From: Akkermansia sp.
GTDB taxonomy: Bacteria > Verrucomicrobiota > Verrucomicrobiia > Limisphaerales > SIBH01
Direction of reading: 5' to 3'
DNA: 35,207 bases
Assembly (NCBI GenBank): GCA_043785945.1
Contig: JAYVWQ010000309.1
Coordinates: 1-35,207, forward strand
Below, piece after piece: positions 6,588 to 15,628 of the stretch. Every line of letters starts with the position of its first letter. Position 1 is the stretch's first letter. Both the position numbers and the translations under genes were made by a program. The notes below the pieces were generated by a model that saw nothing but the letters and a program-made list of their open reading frames with translations, did no database searches and was not told the DNA's origin.

Positions 6588-9500
6588 CTACGGCACGCTC
6601 GGGGTGACGATGCGGAGGTAACGCTCGGAGCCGGCGGGCGCGGTGGCGGTGTCCACCAACACGGTGCGCACGAGCGGTTGCGCGGTGATGCTGGTCAGGT
6701 TGCTCCAAGCCGGTTGAACCAAGTTGGTCCGCCATTGCACGGTGTAGCTGAGGTTAGATTGAGCGGTGAAGTTCAGTTCCGCCATGTTGGTCGCCGAGAG
6801 CACGATCTTCAATACGCTGAGCGCGTTGGTCGGGTTGGTGCCGGAGAGGTATTCATCACGGTTGTTCATGCCGTCCCCATCGAAGTCGAGCAGGGCATCG
6901 CCCGCGTTGTTGGTGCTGAAGCCGTAAGCCAGTTCCCACAGGTCGGCCACGCCATCTTGATCCAGATCGGCGAGCACGAAGAGGTTGGTGATGCCCGCGC
7001 TGGGGCTGGCCGGGGAGGAGCCGGCCTGATTGGTCACCACCACCTGGTATCTCGCGCTGCTCTGCAAGTTGGTCACGGTGATGAAGGGCACGGTGTTGGT
7101 GGCAAAGGCCGCGCCGTTGCGCAGCCAGCGGTAGGTGAGCGGCGGTGCGCCGGTGGCGGTGATGCTCAAGGTGACACTGCCTCCTTGCAGCACCGTGTTC
7201 GTCCGCATCGGCACGGACACGCCGGGCTTGAGCAGCACGTAGATGAAGGCGCTGGCACTGGTGGCCGTGCTGATGTCGTCCTCGACCGCGACCGAGTAGA
7301 TGCCGTGATGATTGGTGATGTTCGCGCCGGTGAAACTATAACTGGCGTTGGTGGCATTCGGGAGGTTGGTCCCCTGGAAGCGCCACTGGTAACGGACCGC
7401 GCCGTTGCCGGGGGCGACCGCGACGAGGGTGACATTGGTGCCGGGCAGCACGTTCTGGTTCGTGGGCTGGACCGAGAAATAGATTGGCACCTGCACGGTG
7501 AGCAGCGCGTTGGAACTGAACACGGAGGCGGCGGTGTTGAGCACTTGCACGCGGTAATTGCCGGCCTGGCCGGGCTGCACATTCGTGAGCAGCAGCGAGT
7601 CGTTGGTTCGGCCCGGCAGGCTGACGCCGTTAAGCAGCCACTGGTATTGGAGCGGCGGTGTGCCGCCGGCCGTCACGCTGAAGCTCGCCGACTGATTGCT
7701 CATGATCGTGACCGACTGCGGGGGCGTGATGATGAAGGGCGGCGACTGCACGATGAGGGTCGCGACCTGGCTGGTGATGGAGCCGGCCGCGTTCGACACG
7801 AGGACGCGGTAGTCGCCCGCGTTTGCGACGGTGAGGGCGGTCAGGTTCAAGGTTGCGTTGGTCGCGCCGCCGAGGGTGCTGCTGTTGAACTGCCATTGGT
7901 AGGCGAAGGGCGGCGTGCCGCACAGGCTCACGCTGAACGAGGTGCTGCCGTTGGTGGCCGCCACGCGGTTCTGGGGCTGGGACGTGATGGTGGGCAATCC
8001 GGCGGGCAGATTGGCGCGGGCGCGTCCGGCGGTGGGCGGTTCGGCGGTCCACTGCGCGGGATCGTTGCCGCTCAACGTGGCACTCAGACGCTGAAGGGAA
8101 TTGCCCGTGCCATCGCTGCCGCAGGGCCACGGCGGCTGGTCGGCGTAGAGCACTTCATCGACGATGACCCAGCTGATCGTGTCGTTCGTGCCGTCGGGAT
8201 GTTGCGGCAGTTCGAGCGCGAGGCGGTCGCTGTTGTTGGCCAGCTTGCCGAGACAGGGGCCGAGGATGCGCAGGCCGGGGTCGGTGATGCCGTAGAGGTT
8301 GCGGAACGCGTTTGACTGCGCGGCGTTCGTGGCCGGATTGAAATTCACCAGCAGCGCATACTCGCCCGCCGCGAGGGTGAAGTTGGTCGGGAAGGTGAAG
8401 GCCACCCCGCCGTTGATCCGCCACGTTCCATTCGTGTTGTGGAACGTCACCGGGAGCGGTGCGCCGTTGTAGAGTTCCACAAATTCATCCAGCGAATTGT
8501 CGGTGAAGTTGGTGCCCACCAGCAGGTCCGGCGGATGGTAATGCACTTCGCTGATGATGACGCGCGCGGGCGGTGCGGAGTTCGCGCCATCGCGCGTGCG
8601 CGGCGTGAGCGCAGACCAGAAAGGCCCGCCATCCGGGTAACGACCCCACGACCAGTCATTCTCCTGGCCCTTGAAACTGACTGCATCCACGACGCGGTCC
8701 TGCGCGGTGCCGGGCAGATACGAGAGGAAGACCTGCTCGCCGCCCTTGTTCAATCCGAAGCCGATGTTGGTGGGGAAATGAAACCCGCTCACTTCATCGA
8801 AGCTCACCCAGCCGTGCGCCGGAATGGTGGTGTTCGTGGGAATGGCCCACTTCATCAGATTGGTGTAGGCCGAGCTGTCGTCGCTCAAATACCAGCCGGA
8901 GCCGAGCGTGATGGGAAAGTCCGTCGGGTTGTGCAATTCAATCCAGTCGTTCGAGTCCAACTCATTGTTGAAGTCGGTGTGGGCCACAATCTCATTGAGC
9001 AGAATCGTGGGCGTCGGCACCGCGTCCGCCGCGCCGGGAGAGCCGCGCAGATACGTGCTGCCCCGCCAACTGCCCGCGTAATCGCCCGCGCCCGCGCCTT
9101 GCGCGGCCAGCGCGCTGTCGAGGAGGACGAGCGAGTGCCCGCCGCCGTCCGCCGCCACCGGCCAGCCGCGCCCGTCGGCGTAACTGAAGTTCACGATGTC
9201 GCTCCCGCCCGCCGAAGTTCGCAGGACCAGTTGCTCCCCCGCGTTGTTCAGCGAGCCGGTGTAAGGACCGAACACCGCCACCTCCAGCCCCAGCCCGTGA
9301 TAGGCGCGGAAGCCCGCGAGATCCGCCGTGCCGACCACCACGAGGAACGCGCCGGGCGCGAGCGTGGCTCCGGACGGAAAGGTGAAATCCACGCCCTGGG
9401 TGAACTTCACGCCCGCAAGATCGAGCGTGAGACTGGCGCTGGTGTTTTGCAGTTCGATGAACTCGTAGCCGCCGGCTGCCGGATTGTACATCACCTCGGT

Positions 9501-12263
9501 GATGCGGAGAAAATTTTGCAGGTCGGCGAGATTGTCCGAAGGACCCACCACGAACTCCTGGGGCAGCGACCACTGGCTGTTGCGGCCCGTGGCATCGGTG
9601 TGCAAGACGCGCGCGCGATAGCGGCTGCCCACGCGCACCAGATTCGCGGGCAGCGTGACGCTGGCGTTGAAGGCGGGAATCGGCCCGCTCTCCCAGTCCG
9701 CCTGGATTTCATATTTCTGCGGCTCGTCCGGATTGTAGATAGGACTGTTGGTGCCAGTGATTTCCGCCACGCGCCAGCGCAGCGATTGAAACGCGCCCGC
9801 CCCACTGTAGGCCGACGACTGGAAGTTCAACCGGTTGATCGGGAAGCCCGGCGTGCCGGTGTAAGTGATCGTCGGGCGGTTCGGCTTCGAGGCGTCCGCG
9901 CTCATGGTGTCGAGCGAGAAGGTCGCGTTGGTCGAGCGGTAACGGACGTAATTTTTCATCATCTGGGCCGCCCCGCTGAAGGTGTTGCTCATGCCCGGCT
10001 CGTTCTGCCACTGATAGAAGTGATAGTTGCCCGCCTTGCTCAAGTTCACGATCGCCGAGTCGTTCATCACCGGGTTGTAATCCCAAAACGCGCGGTCGGC
10101 ATCGACGATGGACGAGGTGTTGGTGCCGCGCGTCATCCACCAGTATTCGTCGATGAGCCGGAAGGCCTCGTCGGTGTTGAAGAGCAGGTCGCGGATTTCG
10201 CGGACCCGGTTGCGGAACTCGATGCTGAGGGCCGGGAAGGTGCCGGGGCTGGCAAAGTTATTCAGCACCCGGAGCTTGAACGGCTCGTCGCCGCCCTGCT
10301 GGCCGGAGCGATACATGTTGTCCGCCCACGTCAGGTCAAGATCCCACGGCCACACCGTCCACAGACCACTCACGGGATTCCGGTAGTAGAAATAGTTTTT
10401 GCCGTCGGCGATGTCGTATTGGTGAATGCCCTGCGAGATGGCTTGGTAGGAATAGTAGGAACGCAGATCAAGATTGGTGCGCCACCACGCTTCGGTCGGG
10501 CTGGCCCCGCCGTAGGTCAGGAGCGAATTCAAGTCGCTCTTGTCGGACGGCCCCAGCGCTCCGAGGTGGTTGAGCGTGCCGGTGCCGCCTTCCATGTCGT
10601 ACACGTTGCCATCCGGCAGACCTCGCTCTTCGAGGAAGCGTCCGTCTTCTTCCTCCACCGCCAGCCACAGGCCGTAGAAGTCGCCTTGGTATTGATTGCC
10701 CGCCACTGTTTCTCTCGCGTCGTCGATGACGCGGAACTGGAGCTGCACATTTCGCAATCCATTCGCGCCCGCCAGGTCGTAAAGTTTGTAACCCACCGCC
10801 TCGAACAAGCCCTGCTCGCCGCGATGCAGGAAGTCGCCCTGCTGGATGTTCGGGCGAAAACTCAAGCGCCGCCACGGAGCCTTGAGCTTGCGGCCCCAGT
10901 TGTCCTTCACCTCGAGATCGTGACCGCGGTTGAGGCTGAACTTCATCGCGTTCTTGCCCATCGAGTAGCGCCACACGCCGCCGCGACAGCGGAACCCGAT
11001 GTGGTCGTACACCTTGCCGTCCACGACCAGCGTGCCGTTCCAGAGATAATTGTCGCCGCCGTATTTGTTGTTCGGCAGACCGGGCGCCCAGCCGATGGCC
11101 TCGGCAAACTCGTTGCTCTTGGTGAGGAGTTGATAGACCGGCATCCGGCTCATCTCTGCCGCCGGCACCGTGAAGGCCACGCCATTCGCGCCGCCGGTGC
11201 CCGGCTGCACCGCGCCCGTCCAGCCCGGCACGCCGTTGTAGCAGAGGTAGGCGAAGTTCGGCTGCGGATCATCCGCGTAGGGCACTCGCACCGAGCGCGC
11301 GCCGGTGTCGGCCACGGTGATGCGATAACGAATCAAACGCCGGTGCGTCTGCACGGCGGCGGGAATTTCCGCCGTGAACGTGTCGTCGCCCGCCGTCAAG
11401 TCGCCGTTCGTGCCCGCGTCGTTCATGGGCAGGGAAACCCAGTTCGTCGCATTCGTGTAAGCTGCGTCGGTCAGCTCGATGTAGTTGCCCGGATTCACGA
11501 TTTGGTATTCCAGCGTCACCGCGCTCACGCCATCTGGGTCCGTGACCTTGGCCGTGATGAGCACCGGCACTCCGCCCGTCGGCTGCTGCGGGGTGTGCTC
11601 GACTTGGCGAATGGCGGGCGGCGCATTGACGGCAAAAACGAGATTGGTCTTGCCGGGCGTGGGTTTCGCTCCCACGACGCCGTTGGTGGAAGCCCGCCAA
11701 TTGCCGCCCAAGGTTCGATCAAGCTGGGGATTGATCAGCTCAATCGAGTAGCCCGGTGCATCGCCCACCGTCGGCCACGGAAAACCAATTTGGTAGGAGA
11801 CTTCATCCTCCACCTGCCCGGCGGCATTGCGCAGCGTGACCTTGTCAGCGTCCTTCGACAGCCCGGAACCGCCGTTGGTGTTGAAGGGTCCCAGCACTCC
11901 CGTGACCGTGAACTTGGTCTGGAGAAAAGCGGGATTTTGCGCGACCACCACGAAACGACCGGGGGCGACGTTGGTGCTGGGGAAGGTGTAGATAAAACCC
12001 GAGGACAGCTTCCAGCCCGCAAGATTCACGGCGATGGGTCCGGTGTTGCACAGCTCCACGAACTCCGCCGGCTCGGTCTTCACGTCCGGGTTGTAATGGA
12101 TTTCGTTGATGACGATGGCGGCCGAGGCGGAGCGATGCATGGCCAGCACGCCGCACAGACACACGAGGGAGCTAAGAATTTTTTTCACGCGATTTGAGAT
12201 GGATGAAGATACCTCCGGTCGAACCGGTAACAAGTGCCGAATCCTATTTCGACGATTGCTCAC
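6588..12263 (-). CDS. Giant secreted multidomain protein: 4 lamin-tail domains (LTD), a CotH kinase-like domain, 4 Ig-like domains, a Ca-binding TSP3-like D-rich repeat and a C-terminal beta module
   Basis: The 1891-aa ORF has a signal peptide (...LVCLCGVLAMHRSASA). LTD signatures occur four times (INEIHYNP..EFVEL.N, ITEVMYNP..EFIELQN, LNEI...WIELHN and ISEVHYHP..EFVELYN). A CotH-like core is present (IGFRCRGGVWRYSMGKNAMKFSL...). Four Ig repeats carry Y(Q/R)W...AG.Y.V.V.N. A DLDQDGVAD...DFDGDGMNNRDE segment follows. The GTG start at 12263 is uncertain, and an alternative GTG at 12188 (VKKILSS...) is possible. Confidence 0.85.
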   Translation of the reverse strand: MSNRRNRIRHLLPVRPEVSSSISNRVKKILSSLVCLCGVLAMHRSASAAIVINEIHYNPDVKTEPAEFVELCNTGPIAVNLAGWKLSSGFIYTFPSTNVAPGRFVVVAQNPAFLQTKFTVTGVLGPFNTNGGSGLSKDADKVTLRNAAGQVEDEVSYQIGFPWPTVGDAPGYSIELINPQLDRTLGGNWRASTNGVVGAKPTPGKTNLVFAVNAPPAIRQVEHTPQQPTGGVPVLITAKVTDPDGVSAVTLEYQIVNPGNYIELTDAAYTNATNWVSLPMNDAGTNGDLTAGDDTFTAEIPAAVQTHRRLIRYRITVADTGARSVRVPYADDPQPNFAYLCYNGVPGWTGAVQPGTGGANGVAFTVPAAEMSRMPVYQLLTKSNEFAEAIGWAPGLPNNKYGGDNYLWNGTLVVDGKVYDHIGFRCRGGVWRYSMGKNAMKFSLNRGHDLEVKDNWGRKLKAPWRRLSFRPNIQQGDFLHRGEQGLFEAVGYKLYDLAGANGLRNVQLQFRVIDDARETVAGNQYQGDFYGLWLAVEEEDGRFLEERGLPDGNVYDMEGGTGTLNHLGALGPSDKSDLNSLLTYGGASPTEAWWRTNLDLRSYYSYQAISQGIHQYDIADGKNYFYYRNPVSGLWTVWPWDLDLTWADNMYRSGQQGGDEPFKLRVLNNFASPGTFPALSIEFRNRVREIRDLLFNTDEAFRLIDEYWWMTRGTNTSSIVDADRAFWDYNPVMNDSAIVNLSKAGNYHFYQWQNEPGMSNTFSGAAQMMKNYVRYRSTNATFSLDTMSADASKPNRPTITYTGTPGFPINRLNFQSSAYSGAGAFQSLRWRVAEITGTNSPIYNPDEPQKYEIQADWESGPIPAFNASVTLPANLVRVGSRYRARVLHTDATGRNSQWSLPQEFVVGPSDNLADLQNFLRITEVMYNPAAGGYEFIELQNTSASLTLDLAGVKFTQGVDFTFPSGATLAPGAFLVVVGTADLAGFRAYHGLGLEVAVFGPYTGSLNNAGEQLVLRTSAGGSDIVNFSYADGRGWPVAADGGGHSLVLLDSALAAQGAGAGDYAGSWRGSTYLRGSPGAADAVPTPTILLNEIVAHTDFNNELDSNDWIELHNPTDFPITLGSGWYLSDDSSAYTNLMKWAIPTNTTIPAHGWVSFDEVSGFHFPTNIGFGLNKGGEQVFLSYLPGTAQDRVVDAVSFKGQENDWSWGRYPDGGPFWSALTPRTRDGANSAPPARVIISEVHYHPPDLLVGTNFTDNSLDEFVELYNGAPLPVTFHNTNGTWRINGGVAFTFPTNFTLAAGEYALLVNFNPATNAAQSNAFRNLYGITDPGLRILGPCLGKLANNSDRLALELPQHPDGTNDTISWVIVDEVLYADQPPWPCGSDGTGNSLQRLSATLSGNDPAQWTAEPPTAGRARANLPAGLPTITSQPQNRVAATNGSTSFSVSLCGTPPFAYQWQFNSSTLGGATNATLNLTALTVANAGDYRVLVSNAAGSITSQVATLIVQSPPFIITPPQSVTIMSNQSASFSVTAGGTPPLQYQWLLNGVSLPGRTNDSLLLTNVQPGQAGNYRVQVLNTAASVFSSNALLTVQVPIYFSVQPTNQNVLPGTNVTLVAVAPGNGAVRYQWRFQGTNLPNATNASYSFTGANITNHHGIYSVAVEDDISTATSASAFIYVLLKPGVSVPMRTNTVLQGGSVTLSITATGAPPLTYRWLRNGAAFATNTVPFITVTNLQSSARYQVVVTNQAGSSPASPSAGITNLFVLADLDQDGVADLWELAYGFSTNNAGDALLDFDGDGMNNRDEYLSGTNPTNALSVLKIVLSATNMAELNFTAQSNLSYTVQWRTNLVQPAWSNLTSITAQPLVRTVLVDTATAPAGSERYLRIVTPSVP

Positions 12264-12401
12264 GCCACCCCGTTTGGTCAGGCCGTGGGCGAGTTTGATT
12301 ATGTCCTGGAGCCATCCTTAACTGGATGGAAGGACCTCAAGGAGTCAGTTTGGCTTGGCGGTTGACTTCACCCCAGCGTCGCAAATGCCGAGAACCTTGT
12401 C

Positions 12402-13031
12402 ATGGAATCGCCTGTAATGCGATTGGTGATCGGCGTGCTCGTCATGCTGCTGGCCATCGCTGGAATCTTGATCAGATTTGATAAAATGCCGGGGGTCCGC
12501 CTGCACCAGGGCACCAACGGGTTCGAGTTCACCACGGGCGGCGGCCAGGGCGCGGCGGGCGGAGATGATGGCCGCGCCGACGGCTCCAAGCCAACTTTGG
12601 GCGATGACTTGCGCTTGGGCGGAGTGTCTGGAAATCCAGCCCGGCGCCTCGTGATCGTGAACAACCAGACCCTGGCCGTGGGGGAAATGGCGCAGGTCGA
12701 GATCCGAGGCGAGAGAGTCAATGTGCTTTGCCAGGAGATCCGCACCAAGTCAGCCATCATCCAAGTCGAGGGGGAACGGGAGCCGGTGGAAATTTTCCTC
12801 CACGGAGCGAAGCCCGCCCGGCCCGTGGTAACTGCGCCGCTGCGGAACATCGACACCAACCACCTGACGCCCGCCTCGGGTCCAGCGGACCTGGTCGCGG
12901 TGGAGTTGGAAGTCGAGAAGGCCAGAATTGCCGGCCCAGAGGCACCCACCAACGCGGTGATCCGGCCGCTCGGCGATGATGCCGGCCCGGTGGAAAATCT
13001 CGTCGATGGACAACCATCCCTCTCGAATTAA
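12402..13031 (+). CDS. Membrane-anchored hypothetical protein with a GspB (T2SS protein B)-like segment
   Basis: An N-terminal TM helix (VMRLVIGVLVMLLAIAGILI) is followed by a Gly-rich linker. The next segment, ...NPARRLVIVNNQTLAVGEMAQV...VLCQEIRTKSAIIQVEGEREPVEI, resembles the C-terminal motif of GspB-type proteins. The functional call is weak. Competing antisense ORFs look like GC artefacts. Confidence 0.45.
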   Translation: MESPVMRLVIGVLVMLLAIAGILIRFDKMPGVRLHQGTNGFEFTTGGGQGAAGGDDGRADGSKPTLGDDLRLGGVSGNPARRLVIVNNQTLAVGEMAQVEIRGERVNVLCQEIRTKSAIIQVEGEREPVEIFLHGAKPARPVVTAPLRNIDTNHLTPASGPADLVAVELEVEKARIAGPEAPTNAVIRPLGDDAGPVENLVDGQPSLSN

Positions 13032-13232
13032 ATAACGGTCAGCGGGGTGCGTTGTGGTCCAACAAAAGTGTCCGCGATGGCATGAGGCACAAGTTGCAGC
13101 GGTGTCATGAGTCCGGGCCTGCGGATGCCCCCATCCTTCCCTGCACACGATAACCTTTCTCGACATAAGCAGTTCCGTTGCGCTAATCCTACCGGAGCTG
13201 TGGTGCGTCATCACCACGGCGAAAATATCAAA

Positions 13233-14069
13233 ATGTTTCGCATCATTGTCGGCACGGTCGTGCTGCTGGGCGCGGTCTTTCCGGCTTGCTCCCAGTTGGT
13301 TCGCCTCCAGTTCAACAGCCTAGTCACTCAGGCCAGCGGTTCGCCGCTGGCCGGTGTGGCCGTGGGCACCACCATCACGGGGCACATTGAGGTGAACCTC
13401 GCCACTCTCCCGTCGGACAACAATCCGCTGCCGTGGTTCGGCGGTTATGATTATTCCGGCGGCGTGTCCGGCTATACGTTTCAATTCGATACCGGACTTG
13501 AGACCGTCAGTTACGATTCGGTGAACGCGGCTGCTGATGGTGGTCTCACGCCCGGCTTCTTCTTGCAATCAGCGGTGGACGCGGAGTTTTTCTCGTTGCA
13601 GGCGCGCGGCGCGGAGAACCCGTACGGAGCGGTCCTGCGCTTTCGGGGTTCGACCAATCCGCTGGCCCTGGTCAGCGGGGATTATTTTCCTGAGGATGTG
13701 CATCTGGCCGCCGGGTTGGGTCACGCGGACTTTCTCTATTTCAATAAGTATGGGGACATCGTGGTAGCGGCGCAGGTCACAACGGCTTCCTTGGACATCG
13801 ATCCGACGAACAACCCTTGCGTGCTTCTGAGCTATCGCGTGAACGCCTCGGCCCTGCCCGCGAAACACAAACGCGAACTGCTCGATAAATTGCGGTCGGC
13901 TGATGGGGCCTTTGCCCAAGGCCGGGAGAAGACAGGTCTCAAGCATCTGGCGAAATTCCAGAAGCGACTGCGCGACCGGGTGGAGAAGCAGGATGCGGCC
14001 CTATTCTGGCACCTGATGAAGGGCGTGAAATCCCTGATCGACAGTCATTCGTCCAAGTCGAAGCCCTGA
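13233..14069 (+). CDS. Secreted or lipoprotein-like hypothetical protein with a helical C-terminal (FIMAH-like) tail
   Basis: The start is taken at the internal ATG 13233 (MFRIIVGTVVLLGAVFPAC/SQ, a signal or lipobox-like sequence). The C-terminal ~60 aa (RELLDKLRSADGAFAQGREKTGLKHLAKFQKRLRD...LMKGVKSLID) looks like a helical-hairpin module. No family was confidently recognised. Confidence 0.55.
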   Translation: MFRIIVGTVVLLGAVFPACSQLVRLQFNSLVTQASGSPLAGVAVGTTITGHIEVNLATLPSDNNPLPWFGGYDYSGGVSGYTFQFDTGLETVSYDSVNAAADGGLTPGFFLQSAVDAEFFSLQARGAENPYGAVLRFRGSTNPLALVSGDYFPEDVHLAAGLGHADFLYFNKYGDIVVAAQVTTASLDIDPTNNPCVLLSYRVNASALPAKHKRELLDKLRSADGAFAQGREKTGLKHLAKFQKRLRDRVEKQDAALFWHLMKGVKSLIDSHSSKSKP

Positions 14070-14143
14070 GTGGAGGTTGATAGCCATGGTCGCGCGGCGA
14101 TCAGTGCCACCGCGCTTTGATGCGCCGGCCCGGCCTTTGGGCA

Positions 14144-15208
14144 TCACTCCCGTTCGCTGGAGGTGGCGGGATGGCCGAATGGCTCCAGGGGCAGCGGCGT
14201 GTCGTGGTTGAGGAAAGTTTCGCAGACTTGGAAAAACTCCGCCTTGTTCGTCACCCGCCGGATGTCGTGCAGGAATTGTCCCGTTGGCTCCACGCCCACG
14301 GCCACGTAGTTCAAATACTTCTTCATCTTCTGCACCTGCGCCGCCTCCCGCACCTCGGGCGAGCAGACGGCTTCGTAGAGCGCGCGGATGTATTCCAACA
14401 CGTCGTGACCGCGCGGCAGGAAGAGCGTTTCGCCCCGCTGATGCTGGCGGATTTGGTGGAAGAGCCACGGGTTGCGAATTGCGCCGCGCCCGATCATCAA
14501 ACCGGCCGCGCCGGTGAGCCGCAGCACTTCGGCGGCTTTAGCGGCGGAGTGAACATTGCCGTTGGCCAGCACAGGGCAGGGCAGGGCGGCCACGGCGCGG
14601 GCGATGAAGTCATAATGCACCTCGCTCCGGTACATCTCAGCCACAGTGCGGCCATGCACGGTGAGCAGGTCGAGCGAGTGCCGGGCGAAGATGGGCAGCA
14701 GCTCTTCAAAGACATCGGTGGATTCAAACCCGAGGCGCGTCTTCACCGTGAAGCGGACGGGCGGCTGAATGGCTTCGCGCAGCGCGCCGAGAATGGCGTC
14801 GATGCGTTTCGGCTCGCGCAGCAGTCCGCCCCCGGCACATTTGCGGTACACGATGGGTGCGGGGCAGCCGAGGTTCAAATCCACGCCCACGATGGGATGG
14901 CGCTGTAACACCTTGGCCGTGCGCACCAGGGCGTCGATGTCGTTGCCGATCATCTGCGCGATGACGGGCCGGCCGGTGGGATTCTCCGTGATGGAGTCCA
15001 GAATGTGCGGCTCCAGATGCGAAGTGGCGTGGACGCGGAAGTATTCCGTGTAATAAACATCCGCGCCGCCATAGCGCGCCATGAGCTTCCAGAAAGGCAG
15101 ATCGGTTACGTCCTGCATGGGCGCAAGCGCGAGCAGGGGCGGGTGGGCGGTCGGTATCCAATCCGGCATCAGGCGGAGAACATGCGCGAGAGTTGGGGGC
15201 CAATCCAC
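14144..15208 (-). CDS. tRNA-dihydrouridine synthase family protein
   Basis: The product has LAPMQDVTD, DLNLGCP (catalytic Cys), TVHGRT and GRGA..NPW. The N-terminal start is uncertain, with an alternative at M14. Confidence 0.85.
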   Translation of the reverse strand: MDWPPTLAHVLRLMPDWIPTAHPPLLALAPMQDVTDLPFWKLMARYGGADVYYTEYFRVHATSHLEPHILDSITENPTGRPVIAQMIGNDIDALVRTAKVLQRHPIVGVDLNLGCPAPIVYRKCAGGGLLREPKRIDAILGALREAIQPPVRFTVKTRLGFESTDVFEELLPIFARHSLDLLTVHGRTVAEMYRSEVHYDFIARAVAALPCPVLANGNVHSAAKAAEVLRLTGAAGLMIGRGAIRNPWLFHQIRQHQRGETLFLPRGHDVLEYIRALYEAVCSPEVREAAQVQKMKKYLNYVAVGVEPTGQFLHDIRRVTNKAEFFQVCETFLNHDTPLPLEPFGHPATSSERE

Positions 15209-15340
15209 CGCAAAGGATCAAACGGCGCACCGCAGTGGGGCAGCCGGGACGGACGGTCTCACTGCGGGAAAGCGCGCCAAACAAATTCTTGCGCCCTTCG
15301 TTGCGCTTATGGCTTTATCGCCGCCGCGTTTAATCAATCA

Positions 15341-15619
15341 ATGAGCCGCCAACAGATGACGGTCTATTACTCGGGCCGCGTGCAGGGAGTCGGGTTCCGC
15401 TACACCGTGAAGTCGCTCACGCCCGGTTTTGAAGTCACGGGCACGATCCGTAACCTCGAAGATGGCCGGGTGGAGTTGGTGGCCGTGGGGGAACGTGCGG
15501 AGTTGGACGCGTTCCGGCAGGCCGTCCGCGAGTCCGGTCTGGGCCGGATGATCACGCGTGAAGAAGAACTTTTTACCCCGCCCTCGGGGAATTTTCGTGG
15601 TTTTGAAATTGTAAGCTAA
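15341..15619 (+). CDS. acyP: Acylphosphatase
   Basis: The 92-aa product has the V.GRVQGVGFR signature, followed by G.V.N..DG.VE. The start is the internal ATG at 15341 of ORF 15005..15619. Confidence 0.85.
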   Translation: MSRQQMTVYYSGRVQGVGFRYTVKSLTPGFEVTGTIRNLEDGRVELVAVGERAELDAFRQAVRESGLGRMITREEELFTPPSGNFRGFEIVS

Positions 15620-15628
15620 AGTCGCCCG

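Noticed and set aside
6555-12197. Very long ORFs (586 aa and 1252 aa) on the plus strand, opposite the giant exoprotein gene.
   Set aside because: They are Arg/Gly/Ala/His-rich, low-complexity translations with no motifs. These are typical stop-codon-poor antisense frames of a high-GC gene, and the minus-strand frame has clear domain signatures.
12750-13217. A 155-aa minus-strand ORF overlapping the end of 12402..13031 and the spacer before 13233.
   Set aside because: It shares triplet boundaries with the plus-strand frame, so it inherits a G/C-rich third position. Its W/R/H-rich composition looks non-protein-like. The plus-strand ORF has a TM helix and a recognisable motif. Some uncertainty remains for the last ~70 codons of the plus-strand ORF.
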